DNA of 53,045 nucleotides, from the sequence record OR352957; one strand, written 5' to 3'. Origin of the DNA: Escherichia phage AV127. The stretch's first letter is position 1. Each line of letters starts with the position of its first letter. Positions 9,056 through 18,446 of this stretch are shown in pieces. Below the pieces are notes generated by a model, which saw only the letters and a program-made list of their open reading frames with translations, made no database searches and was not told where the DNA came from. The position numbers and the translations under genes are program-made.

Positions 9056-9558
9056 ACATCATAATCGAGGGCCCGGATAATGCTGGTAAAACTACAGTTA
9101 TTGAGTTCCTTAAATCTAGTACTGGCCGCAGTATTATTCATAATACTGTTGACAAAGATCCCGAATCAGTCATGGCTAAACAGGCCAAAGAAAACGCGTT
9201 GGAAGGCGATTGTATTTATGACCGTAGCGCTGTTATATCTGAGTATATCTATTGCCTGGTTCTTCAACGTACGCCTGTCATCAATATTAATATATCACAT
9301 GTAGCAGACATGTGTGACAACGCCATCGTTATCTTTTGTATGCCACCTGTTGAAAAGGTACTGGCAACTACAAAAGAAGAGATGCCTGGTGTTGTGGAAA
9401 ATCTTGAGGCGTTATACAACCAGTATGACAACCTCATTGACGAGCTGGTTATGATGGGCAAGCAGTTTTTTATTTATGACTGGACTGCTGAAGAAAATGG
9501 CCCTGAAGCAGTTCTCGAATACATCAATGAACGTATTAATAAGGAGTGGAACAAATGA
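9052..9558 (+). CDS. P-loop deoxynucleoside monophosphate kinase (thymidylate-kinase-like fold)
   Basis: Walker A GPDNAGKTT near N-terminus, DRS motif; AGGAG SD; ATGA overlap with DHFR stop. Confidence 0.55.
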   Translation: MNIIIEGPDNAGKTTVIEFLKSSTGRSIIHNTVDKDPESVMAKQAKENALEGDCIYDRSAVISEYIYCLVLQRTPVININISHVADMCDNAIVIFCMPPVEKVLATTKEEMPGVVENLEALYNQYDNLIDELVMMGKQFFIYDWTAEENGPEAVLEYINERINKEWNK

Positions 9559-10256
9559 GCCCAGTATACAATACCTCAGTCACGCTGTCCGCAACCGTAG
9601 GGGACGTCAACAAGACAGTTACTGTGGGTTCAACTAACCCGAACCTGTCAGGTGACGACCTGTTACGTCTGGCTAAACGTGCTCTTGAAGATAACGAAGT
9701 GACTGGTACTGAAGGTGTCAGCATTGAGATTAACACCGAGGGGTGTGAAGAAAGCATCAGCATTACTACTTCTGACGATGAAACCAGTGAACAGCTAAAG
9801 TTCAACGACGAACTGGAATATCGCACCGGTGAGATGTTCAGCAGTGCGCTAAACTGGTACTTGTGCAAGGCTTCAAACTATGCTGGCGCTCCTATGTCAG
9901 ACCGTATGTTAGCTGATATGTCAGCTCGCGAAATTGCTAAAGGCTGGGCGCATGTACAGATGCTGCAGGAGCGCATCTGTAAGCTGGAAAGCTGCAATAA
10001 AGATGCGTCTGAGCTTATTACTGCCTATAAGCGACAGATTACTGACCTGCAGCAACTGATGGGCAAACGCGCTGAAGAATATGAGGCTGAGATTCGTAGT
10101 CTTAACGGTACGGCTGTTGCTAACAACCGTGCTTTCAGCGAAGAGCGTAAAGCGCTTATTGCCCAGCGTGACGCTGAAAAACGTCGTGCAGACGACCTGG
10201 CAGACCGTCTTAACTTTATCCGTAAGCACATGGATGCTATGGAAGGGGTAATCTGA
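9555..10256 (+). CDS. Hypothetical protein with coiled-coil C-terminus
   Basis: AAGGAG SD 8 nt upstream of ATG 9555. Confidence 0.5.
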   Translation: MSPVYNTSVTLSATVGDVNKTVTVGSTNPNLSGDDLLRLAKRALEDNEVTGTEGVSIEINTEGCEESISITTSDDETSEQLKFNDELEYRTGEMFSSALNWYLCKASNYAGAPMSDRMLADMSAREIAKGWAHVQMLQERICKLESCNKDASELITAYKRQITDLQQLMGKRAEEYEAEIRSLNGTAVANNRAFSEERKALIAQRDAEKRRADDLADRLNFIRKHMDAMEGVI

Positions 10257-10546
10257 TGGACTTGTTCGATATGGTCGAACATCCTGAAGTAAACGGCTTG
10301 GCGGAAGCTAAGCCTTTTAACTGGGATGAATTCGTAGCAGGCAAACCTGCTGTAACCCACAACGGGCAGATTGCATATTACGGAGGCCATAGCGAACATC
10401 CGATGTGCACTCACCTGTACAACGCTATCACAACCATAGCCGACGAAAACGTTATTAAATACGGAAAAGATGTAATGCCTTTTCTTGTAGATGAGCGCGG
10501 TTACTTCGAAGGTAAATGGTTCCCGTTTCTGGTAGAAATGGCCTAA
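10256..10546 (+). CDS. Hypothetical protein (96 aa)
   Basis: ORF track; ATGA overlap with upstream gene. Confidence 0.45.
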   Translation: MDLFDMVEHPEVNGLAEAKPFNWDEFVAGKPAVTHNGQIAYYGGHSEHPMCTHLYNAITTIADENVIKYGKDVMPFLVDERGYFEGKWFPFLVEMA

Positions 10547-10662
10547 AAACCGGATAAATATAAAGGCGTCTAAGCTAGTTCTTCATCTATATAAGCTACT
10601 TATTCGCCTTTCTACTGTAGACTTTCTCATCATCTCTCTAGACACTTCATTTTTATATTCTG

Positions 10663-10691
10663 TTTACTTACTCCGCGTAACTCGTTATAAT
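10663..10691 (+). promoter_or_regulatory. Late promoter TTTACT-N17-TATAAT upstream of terminase genes
   Basis: TTTACT 10663-10668, TATAAT 10686-10691. Confidence 0.5.
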
Positions 10692-10723
10692 CCCGACTAT
10701 CCGGATTAACGAGGACGATACCC

Positions 10724-11014
10724 ATGGCAAAACCGAAAAAAACCCGTGAGGCAACAGAAGAACTGTTGGCCACGATGCGACGTATCCAGCTGGACCCGTT
10801 GGAAGTTATGCAACGAGCTATCATCCTTGCTGAACGTGAAGACGACTATAAAGCAATGATGGATGGTGCACTGGGCGTTATGCCGTACATGTATCCTAAG
10901 CTGAAAGAGTCCGTTGTCAAAGCAGACATCGACCAGAACTTGTCTGGTAACGGCGTCAACCTGAATATTACAATCGGTGACCAGAAAGTGGTAGATACTA
11001 CTGGGGAAGAGTAA
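10724..11014 (+). CDS. Putative terminase small subunit
   Basis: 96-aa basic N-terminus protein immediately upstream of terminase large subunit. Confidence 0.4.
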   Translation: MAKPKKTREATEELLATMRRIQLDPLEVMQRAIILAEREDDYKAMMDGALGVMPYMYPKLKESVVKADIDQNLSGNGVNLNITIGDQKVVDTTGEE

Positions 11015-11017
11015 TAA

Positions 11018-12466
11018 ATGAATCTTGACTTTCACCTGCATGACAGACAAGGTGCCGCTCTGCAGTCTCAGGCAACTGAGATTCTGTACGGTGGCGCCGC
11101 TGGTGGTGGTAAGTCTCACCTTATGCGGGTAATGTCGATTATCATGTGCTGCATGATACCTGACTTGCAGATTTACCTTTTCCGCCGAAACTATAACGAC
11201 CTTACGGCTAACCACATGGTTGGTCCCACAAGTTATCCTGCCTTGCTGGACGGTATGTGCAAAGCTGGCAAGTGCAAGATTAACTACTCGAGCAACACGA
11301 TTAAATTCTGGAATGGTGCGAACATCAAACTCTGTCACCTCCAGTACGAAAAAGATATTTATACCTACCAGGGTGCGGAGATTCACGTTCTGCTGATGGA
11401 TGAGCTTACTCACTTCACAGAAACGATGTACCGCTTCTTGCGTAACCGTGTCCGACTCGGTGCTCTCAAAGTCCCTGAGAACTTTTTCCGGCCTCTGCCA
11501 CTCATCTTTTGTGGGTCAAACCCCGGTGGTGTAGGTCACAACTGGGTTAAGCGTACTTTCGTAACTGCTGCTCCTCCGATGAAAATCGTTAAGCAGGAAA
11601 AACGCGAAGGTGGTATGGCGCGTCAGTACATACCAGCTAAGATGACTGATAACCCTACGTTGATGGAAAACGACCCTGATTACGGCGACCGTCTTGAAGG
11701 TCTTGGTGACCCGGCTCTTGTTGCGGCGATGAAAGAGGGTGACTGGGATATTGTTGCTGGTGGTGCGCTTGACGACGTATGGTCAACCAAGTGTATTCTG
11801 CCGCGTATGCGTATTCCTAAAGGCTGGACTATCGAACGTTCTCTTGACTGGGGTTCTACTCACCCGTTCTCTGTTGGTATCTGGGCTATCGCAAATGGTG
11901 CGTCGCTTACAGACGACGAAGGCAATGAGTACTTTATTCCGCGTGGTTCCATTATACGTATAGCTGAATGGTATGGGTGCTCTGAAAAAGAAGCTAACAG
12001 GGGCATTAAGTTATCTGCTGCCGAAGTCGCTCAAGGTGTTCTTCGCCTACAGGAAAATCTGCAAGCTGGTGGCTGGATTCAAAGCAACGTTAATCCTGGT
12101 CCGGCTGATAGTCAAATTTATGCGTGCAAGGAAAAAGACGTTGAGACTATCGCGAAGAAAATGGAAGACGAAGGCGTAACCTGGGTCAAGGCCGACAAGT
12201 CACAAGGTTCGAGAATAAATGGCTTAGAGCTATTCCGTCAGCTTCTGAAAAATGTTAAGATGGACGAAACGGAAAAGCCGGGCATTTATTTCATGGAAAA
12301 CTGTCCAGCAGCCATAAACACGTTGCCGGTTCTGCCGCGTGACAAGAACAACACGGAAGATGTCGACACGAACTCTGAAGACCACGTATACGATGACTGT
12401 CGTTACATGGTGTTGCGTGGCATCAACCGTTATACTACCAAGCTCAAAATAAATATGGGACGGTAA
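11018..12466 (+). CDS. terL: Terminase large subunit
   Basis: 482 aa; Walker A GGAAGGGKSH near N-terminus; sits directly before portal. Confidence 0.8.
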   Translation: MNLDFHLHDRQGAALQSQATEILYGGAAGGGKSHLMRVMSIIMCCMIPDLQIYLFRRNYNDLTANHMVGPTSYPALLDGMCKAGKCKINYSSNTIKFWNGANIKLCHLQYEKDIYTYQGAEIHVLLMDELTHFTETMYRFLRNRVRLGALKVPENFFRPLPLIFCGSNPGGVGHNWVKRTFVTAAPPMKIVKQEKREGGMARQYIPAKMTDNPTLMENDPDYGDRLEGLGDPALVAAMKEGDWDIVAGGALDDVWSTKCILPRMRIPKGWTIERSLDWGSTHPFSVGIWAIANGASLTDDEGNEYFIPRGSIIRIAEWYGCSEKEANRGIKLSAAEVAQGVLRLQENLQAGGWIQSNVNPGPADSQIYACKEKDVETIAKKMEDEGVTWVKADKSQGSRINGLELFRQLLKNVKMDETEKPGIYFMENCPAAINTLPVLPRDKNNTEDVDTNSEDHVYDDCRYMVLRGINRYTTKLKINMGR

Positions 12467-12467
12467 A

Positions 12468-14030
12468 ATGTCGATAACCCCAAGCAGCACGCCTAACGTC
12501 GGATACCAGCGTCCTGAGTTGACTAAGAACGCTGGTAAGTACCGAATGATTAAGGACTGCATCGAGGGTCAGGAAGCTGTTAAAGCACGCGGTGATTTTT
12601 ATCTGCCTCGTCCTGACCCTACGAACTGCACAGAAGAAAACCTGATGCGGTACAATTCGTACCTGCGTCGCGCTGTGTTCTATAACGTACTACAGCGAAC
12701 TCTTTCGGGTATGACTGGCCTGGTATTCCAGCAGCAACCTGAGATGCTGATGCCTGATGATATGGAAGTGCTGAAAGTAAATATCGACGGTGCAGGTATC
12801 GGTGCTATTCAGCAAATGCGTAAGTGCTTTAAATCAGTGCTTGCGTTTGGACGAGCAGGATTGCTGACTGATTTTCCAAAAGCACGTATCGGTGAGTTTG
12901 GCGAGTCCATTGGGTTTACCCGTAAAGAACTAATGGATGGAGAAGTGCAGCCGACAGTAACGCTGTACATGCCATGGCAGATTATAAACTGGCGAGAAGA
13001 GTATCGCAACGGTAAAGTGATGCTCACTCAAGTTGTCATTTGCGAGCAAATACCGGGGGTTACTGATGGCTTTCAGCAAGACTACACACCCGTGTGGCGT
13101 CACCTTTACCTGGATGAAGAAGGCAATTGCAACCAGTCTTTGTGGGTCAATAAGGGCGACAAGAACGCGCAGAACGTCTCCGGCGGCGCGGTGTATGTCA
13201 CGCAAGAGAATGTTGTCCTACGCGACTCCAATGGCTTACCGCTGAAGTTTATTCCGTTCCAGTTTATTGGTTCTGAAACAAATAGCGCTGAGATTGACCC
13301 TCCGCCGATGTACGACTTAGCTGTGCTTAATATTGCACACTACCGTAACTCTGCTGACTACGAAGAATCATGCTTCGTAACAGGTCAACCCACAGTATGG
13401 GCTTCTGGACTTACTGAGGCCTGGGTTGAGGATGTGCTTAAAGGTGAACTGCGGCTAGGTTCGTTTGGTGGTATTCCTCTGCCGGCTAATGCTGCTGTAG
13501 GTATCATTCAGACCAGTCCTAATACCCAGCCGTTTGAAGCGATGAAGCAAAAAGAAGCACAGATGATTGCAATCGGTGCTCGACTCATTCGTGAGAATGG
13601 TAAGGTAGAACGACGCGAAGTTGAGATTAAGAACGAAGCTGCATCTGAAGCCTCGCTTATCGTAACTGTTGCGCAGAACGTTGAAGCTGCTTACCGTAAG
13701 GCAATCGAGTGGTGTGGTCTGTTCTACGGACACCCTAAAGAAGAGATTACGATTAACCTCAGCTACAACTTCATCTATAGCCAGTTGACGTATCAAGAAC
13801 GCCAACAGCTGGTTAATGAATGGATTGCTGGCGCTATCACGTTTAGTGAGATGCGTAGTAATCTTAAACAGGCTGGCATTGCTAAACTCACTGACGAAGA
13901 AGCTAAGAAGCTCATTGATGAAGAACTGGCTGAACGTGATGCACGTGAGGTAGCAAAAGAAGCAGAAAAGAACGCTCAAGCAGCTAAGAACAGCGATGGG
14001 CAGGAAAATAATCCAGAAAAAACTGAATAA
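12468..14030 (+). CDS. Portal protein
   Basis: 520 aa between terminase and scaffold; acidic C-terminus. Confidence 0.7.
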   Translation: MSITPSSTPNVGYQRPELTKNAGKYRMIKDCIEGQEAVKARGDFYLPRPDPTNCTEENLMRYNSYLRRAVFYNVLQRTLSGMTGLVFQQQPEMLMPDDMEVLKVNIDGAGIGAIQQMRKCFKSVLAFGRAGLLTDFPKARIGEFGESIGFTRKELMDGEVQPTVTLYMPWQIINWREEYRNGKVMLTQVVICEQIPGVTDGFQQDYTPVWRHLYLDEEGNCNQSLWVNKGDKNAQNVSGGAVYVTQENVVLRDSNGLPLKFIPFQFIGSETNSAEIDPPPMYDLAVLNIAHYRNSADYEESCFVTGQPTVWASGLTEAWVEDVLKGELRLGSFGGIPLPANAAVGIIQTSPNTQPFEAMKQKEAQMIAIGARLIRENGKVERREVEIKNEAASEASLIVTVAQNVEAAYRKAIEWCGLFYGHPKEEITINLSYNFIYSQLTYQERQQLVNEWIAGAITFSEMRSNLKQAGIAKLTDEEAKKLIDEELAERDAREVAKEAEKNAQAAKNSDGQENNPEKTE

Positions 14031-14035
14031 AGCTA

Positions 14036-14064
14036 TTTACTTTCGGTTTACCTGGCTGTATAAT
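14036..14064 (+). promoter_or_regulatory. Late promoter TTTACT-N17-TATAAT upstream of scaffold/capsid genes
   Basis: TTTACT 14036-14041, TATAAT 14059-14064; followed by 140-nt leader. Confidence 0.5.
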
Positions 14065-14207
14065 CCTTCATGTCAACCGCGCAACAGCCGGCCACGAGAG
14101 TCTGCAGGGCTCAGTGGATTTCGGATGGCTGGCTGCGCGGTTTGACCCAAACCTGTTCGGAGCCCACTTGAGTGGATTGAGCCCCTCTCATATAGGATTG
14201 TAAAATT

Positions 14208-14921
14208 ATGGCACTTAAAACAGTTGTAACTGACCTTAACGAAGTTGATGAAGGCTTCCGTGGCCTGTATATCAAAGACGACGCGTCCGGTGCGTTTCGT
14301 TTGGATGTTGAACCAGACGAAAAAACGCTGAAAGAATTAGAAGACCTGCGCAAAGAAAAACAGCGTATGGAGCAGCACACCAAAAAACTTCTCGAAGAGA
14401 AGAAAAAAGAAGCTGAACGTGCTCGCCTCGCTGAAGAAGAACGCGCACGTCGTGAGCGTGATGTTGAATCTCTTGAGCGTTCAATCAAAGAGAAGCATCA
14501 GGCTGAACTGGAACAGTATACCAGTCGTCAGGCACAGCTGCAAGCACAGCTGGAAGCGCAGATGGTTGATAACATCGCGTTGAACCTGGCTAACCAACTC
14601 TCTGACACCCCGGCATTAATTATGCCACACATCAAGGCCCGACTGCGCGCTCAGGAAATTGATGGTAAGTGGCGTACTATCGTCGTGGATGTTATGGGTA
14701 ACCCGACTGCTACAACGCCAGATGAGCTAGTGGAGCATATGCGCGCTGATAAGCAGTTTGCACCTCTTGTGCGTGGAACCAAGGCTGGCGGTGGCGGTGC
14801 CAACGGCGGCGGAGCTAATCCTGGTGGGAACGGCGGTGGCGAACAGCACACTTTCGGAGGCGGGGACGACCGCATAGCACGTGCTCGTGCTAAAATCCAA
14901 AACACACAATGGGGCAAATAA
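14208..14921 (+). CDS. Putative scaffold protein
   Basis: Highly charged coiled-coil ORF (E/K/R/Q-rich) with Gly/Asn-rich tail, immediately before capsid gene. Confidence 0.5.
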   Translation: MALKTVVTDLNEVDEGFRGLYIKDDASGAFRLDVEPDEKTLKELEDLRKEKQRMEQHTKKLLEEKKKEAERARLAEEERARRERDVESLERSIKEKHQAELEQYTSRQAQLQAQLEAQMVDNIALNLANQLSDTPALIMPHIKARLRAQEIDGKWRTIVVDVMGNPTATTPDELVEHMRADKQFAPLVRGTKAGGGGANGGGANPGGNGGGEQHTFGGGDDRIARARAKIQNTQWGK

Positions 14922-14924
14922 TTT

Positions 14925-15902
14925 ATGTCACTGTATATTTTTAACGAACAAGTACGTTCTACCGCCACCGAACTGGTCGACCAGGACGTACAGAAGTTTA
15001 ACGAAGCTTCTGCTGGTACCCTTATCCTGGGTAACCAGTACGTAATCGGTGATTACGTTGAGCAGGCAATGTGGCAGCTGGTTGACGGTATCGCTACCCG
15101 CCGTAACGCTTACGCAGGCACCAACAAAGTTGATGCGCAGACTCTGGGCCAGATTCTGGACCGCTCTGTTAAAATCGACGGCCGTGTTGGTCCTCTGAAC
15201 ATTACCGGTACTATGATGCGTCGCATCGGTGCAGGTGACACTGAACCAGCCGCTGTTGTTGCTGCACAGGCTTCTGCTGCAATGTTCCAGGATTACCTGA
15301 ACACCACTGCTGCTTGTCTGGTAGCTGCTATCGGCGCAAACGCTGATGTTGTTCTGGACGTAACTTCAGGCTCCGGTGCTGCTGCAAATATCACCATGCA
15401 GAACCTGAACAAAGTCAACGCGAAGATGGGTGACCGTTCTCAGCAGATTCGTGCATACATCATGCACTCTACTGCGTTCCACTCCCTCATCGATCAGGCT
15501 ATCAACAACACGGAACACCTGTTCCAGATTGGTGACCTGAACGTGTACAAAGACTTCCTGGGTCGTCGCTATGTCGTTTCCGACATCCCGGCTCTGGTTG
15601 ATGGCTCCGGTGCTTCCGCTAAGTACCGTACTCTGGGTCTGACCCCGTCTGCTGCAATCGTTCAGGTCGGCGGCCTGTACGACATGGTTACCTCCGAGCA
15701 AACCGGTGGTGAAAACATCCTGCGTCAGATGCAGGGTGAATACGACTTCAACGTGTCGCTGAAAGGCTACAGCTGGGTCGGTCACAAAGCTGGTCAGTCT
15801 CCGACTGACGAAGACCTGGCTGCTCAGGCTTCCTGGTCTAAAGTTGCGACTTCCAACAAAGACACCGCTGGTGTTATGTTGCTGGCTAAGTCTGCAATCT
15901 AA
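14925..15902 (+). CDS. Major capsid protein
   Basis: 325 aa after scaffold, followed by strong terminator; position and size. Confidence 0.65.
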   Translation: MSLYIFNEQVRSTATELVDQDVQKFNEASAGTLILGNQYVIGDYVEQAMWQLVDGIATRRNAYAGTNKVDAQTLGQILDRSVKIDGRVGPLNITGTMMRRIGAGDTEPAAVVAAQASAAMFQDYLNTTAACLVAAIGANADVVLDVTSGSGAAANITMQNLNKVNAKMGDRSQQIRAYIMHSTAFHSLIDQAINNTEHLFQIGDLNVYKDFLGRRYVVSDIPALVDGSGASAKYRTLGLTPSAAIVQVGGLYDMVTSEQTGGENILRQMQGEYDFNVSLKGYSWVGHKAGQSPTDEDLAAQASWSKVATSNKDTAGVMLLAKSAI

Positions 15903-15924
15903 CCCACAAACGGGACTAACAAAA

Positions 15925-15950
15925 GGCGAGCTGACGAGCTCGCCTTTTTT
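15925..15950 (+). terminator. Rho-independent terminator after capsid gene
   Basis: GGCGAGC-TGACGA-GCTCGCC then TTTTTT. Confidence 0.75.
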
Positions 15951-15951
15951 A

Positions 15952-15980
15952 TTTACACGTATAAAGTTCTGGTATATAAT
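15952..15980 (+). promoter_or_regulatory. Promoter TTTACA-N17-TATAAT for neck/tail genes
   Basis: TTTACA 15952-15957, TATAAT 15975-15980. Confidence 0.5.
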
Positions 15981-16006
15981 CGGACTAAACTTGCTGGAGG
16001 CTTTGT

Positions 16007-16507
16007 ATGGCATACACACTTGTTGTGGAAGACGGTTCAATCGTTCCGGGTGCTAACTCGTATGTTAGCACTGCAGAAGTAGATGAGTTTATCACTAACG
16101 AAGGTATTCTCATTCAACCAGGAACTGACCCGTACTACCAGGCTGCTAAAGCAGCTATTCGACTGGATAACCAATTTAACTGGTTAGGTCGTAAGGTCAG
16201 CAAAGCACAGAACATGGCCTGGCCGCGTACAGGCCTCGGTGCATGCAATGTTGACATCGCGGAGTCTGTAATTCCGCGAGAAGTTAAGCTGGCACAGCTT
16301 TATATGATGGCCAGTGTATTGAGCTACGACGGTGAAGAAGGTGTGCGTAGCGACCAGGCTTTGCGCCGTAAGAAAGTTGGTAACCTGGAGATTGAATACT
16401 TCGACTCCAAATCAGGTGTTACCGGTGCAACTGACCTTTGGACGTCAGACGTCAAGGTCATGCTCAAGCACCTTGTGGGTGCAGCACTGAGAACGCGGAG
16501 AGTATAA
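16007..16507 (+). CDS. Putative head-tail adaptor
   Basis: Position after capsid gene; 166 aa. Confidence 0.45.
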   Translation: MAYTLVVEDGSIVPGANSYVSTAEVDEFITNEGILIQPGTDPYYQAAKAAIRLDNQFNWLGRKVSKAQNMAWPRTGLGACNVDIAESVIPREVKLAQLYMMASVLSYDGEEGVRSDQALRRKKVGNLEIEYFDSKSGVTGATDLWTSDVKVMLKHLVGAALRTRRV

Positions 16508-16995
16508 TGATTCGCATACGCCTTTACCGTCGTGACAAACAAAAGTTCGAGTTCACCTACCGTGCCTTTAAGTCATTCGAGGGTCAAGGCGTATCAGTAG
16601 GTGTTCACCCAGAACATAACAGACGTGTAAACCCCAGGGACCGTATAACAAACGCCGAGCTAGCAATGGTGCATGAGTACGGTCTTAACGGTCTGCCAGA
16701 ACGAAGCTTTCTTCGTAGTGCTGTTGGTGGCAGGGGTAAAGGCCGACAGGCAATAAACAAAGCTTTCCGCGATAATGTGCCTGCTGTTCTCAGAGGAAGC
16801 ATGACTGCGCATGAGCTCAACGACAAAATAGGTCGTATGCTTGTTGACGCTGTTCACGACAGAATGGACAGTGACGTACCACCTCCTAACACCGAGCTGA
16901 CAGAAGAACGCAAACGCGGGCCAGGTACACTTAGAGAATCTATGCAGTTATATGATTCGATAGGGTACAAGGTCGGCAGAAACTGGAGGCTATAA
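16507..16995 (+). CDS. Putative head closure/neck protein
   Basis: ATG 16507 overlaps upstream stop (TAATG); ORF track 16438 start judged upstream extension. Confidence 0.45.
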   Translation: MIRIRLYRRDKQKFEFTYRAFKSFEGQGVSVGVHPEHNRRVNPRDRITNAELAMVHEYGLNGLPERSFLRSAVGGRGKGRQAINKAFRDNVPAVLRGSMTAHELNDKIGRMLVDAVHDRMDSDVPPPNTELTEERKRGPGTLRESMQLYDSIGYKVGRNWRL

Positions 16996-17372
16996 TGCTC
17001 AAGATAACTTCGCTAATGAAGGATAAAACCTTTGTAGCATTAACAGATGTTCTTCTCCGAAATGATTCGCGCTTACCAAACGGCGACTTCGAAGACGAAT
17101 ATACAGCTGCAAAGTATCTGTGTAACATTCAACCTGGTGCAGCTACCAACCAGCCTAACCTGTTGACTAAAGACGATGGCGAGCATGAGTTCCCACGTAT
17201 TGCGATATACTGTGGACAAGAACTGAAGCTCGGAGACTTCGTTATATACGAAGACCAGCCATACCGTGTATTCCGTATCGACCCATGGAGTCGTCATGGC
17301 CACTACTACGTTACAGCAATTCTACATAAAGGACCTCAGGGAGCTCGTTCAGAAGCTTTTAACATTACCTGA
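16995..17372 (+). CDS. Putative neck/tail completion protein
   Basis: ORF track, position. Confidence 0.4.
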   Translation: MLKITSLMKDKTFVALTDVLLRNDSRLPNGDFEDEYTAAKYLCNIQPGAATNQPNLLTKDDGEHEFPRIAIYCGQELKLGDFVIYEDQPYRVFRIDPWSRHGHYYVTAILHKGPQGARSEAFNIT

Positions 17373-17823
17373 TGGTTCATGCATTATTGGTGAAGAGTCT
17401 GGTACAGTTGATGGTACACCGTATGTTTACTTGCGCCCTGGCGACGCATATGACTTCGGACCTCCTCGAACCAGACAAGGCGCTGACGGCTTTGAGTACG
17501 TCAGCAAGCCAATGATGACAGCTGTACGTATTACAGCTGTCGGTAAGAATGCTGCTGAGCTAATGCGTAAGCTACACATAGCACTAGGTAGTTCACCAGC
17601 TAAGCAGTTTAACCATTTACGACATTATGCAATAACCAAAATATCGAAGATTGATAATGTCGGTGGTGCTATCGGTGCAGGCTATGCACAGAAGTCAATG
17701 ATGACTGTTGACATTAGCTATGTGCATAAAGTTAAAATTGAGCAACCGTACATCTACAAGGCTGACATCACTTGTATGGATGACAACGGTAACAAAGCGA
17801 CTGGTACAGTAGAGGAACCGTAA
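17266..17823 (+). CDS. Putative tail completion protein (start uncertain)
   Basis: ORF track; overlaps previous gene by about 100 nt, true start may be internal. Confidence 0.35.
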   Translation: MYSVSTHGVVMATTTLQQFYIKDLRELVQKLLTLPDGSCIIGEESGTVDGTPYVYLRPGDAYDFGPPRTRQGADGFEYVSKPMMTAVRITAVGKNAAELMRKLHIALGSSPAKQFNHLRHYAITKISKIDNVGGAIGAGYAQKSMMTVDISYVHKVKIEQPYIYKADITCMDDNGNKATGTVEEP

Positions 17824-18446
17824 TGGCAACTGGAGTAGACCCGGAACTGCAAGCGCAGCTGGATAAGCTAACAACTGCTGTCCAGCTCATTCATGACTTC
17901 GGTATGTCAGACGACCCAAACATCCCTAACCCGGAAGGCGGTGTCATACGCACACTCGAAGGCATTAACGCTGCAATCAATGAAGCTATACCAAACTTTG
18001 AAAATGCTAACGAAGCTGCTATCCAGGCGCGCGCTGCTCGTGATGCAGCTATTGCAGCCAAAGAAGCTGCAGAAACCGCAGCTGAACAGGCTACAGTATC
18101 TTCGACGTCAGCAATCTATGAGTACGGCAACGTTGCAAGTGCAGCTACTGTAACTATACCTGCTGCATCTAAAACAATTGTCAGTCTTACTCTTAACCAG
18201 CCAAACACCGTAATTAATATCGGTGGTGTATCTGACCCGTCTACTGTTGCGCGTCAGATTACTATTGCTATTAAGCAAGGCACTGGTTCTAACAAGGTGA
18301 CTGCCTGGGATCCCAGAATAAAATGGGCCAACAACAGAAAGCCCGTTCTGTCATTCCTTGTGGGTTACACAGATGTTGTTACGTTGCTGACCTTTGACTC
18401 AGGAGCAACTTGGATGGGTTTCTTTAACGGTGGATGGATTAAATAA
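17823..18446 (+). CDS. Hypothetical virion protein, Ala-rich helical N-terminal half
   Basis: ORF track; ATGA overlap with neighbours. Confidence 0.4.
   Translation: MATGVDPELQAQLDKLTTAVQLIHDFGMSDDPNIPNPEGGVIRTLEGINAAINEAIPNFENANEAAIQARAARDAAIAAKEAAETAAEQATVSSTSAIYEYGNVASAATVTIPAASKTIVSLTLNQPNTVINIGGVSDPSTVARQITIAIKQGTGSNKVTAWDPRIKWANNRKPVLSFLVGYTDVVTLLTFDSGATWMGFFNGGWIK

Noticed and set aside
10706-11413. 235-aa minus-strand ORF
   Set aside because: Lies entirely antisense within the terminase genes and is Cys/His/Val-rich junk-like; judged spurious.
14111-14488. 125-aa minus-strand ORF, Arg/Ser-rich
   Set aside because: Antisense to the scaffold gene; compositional mirror of its coding repeats.
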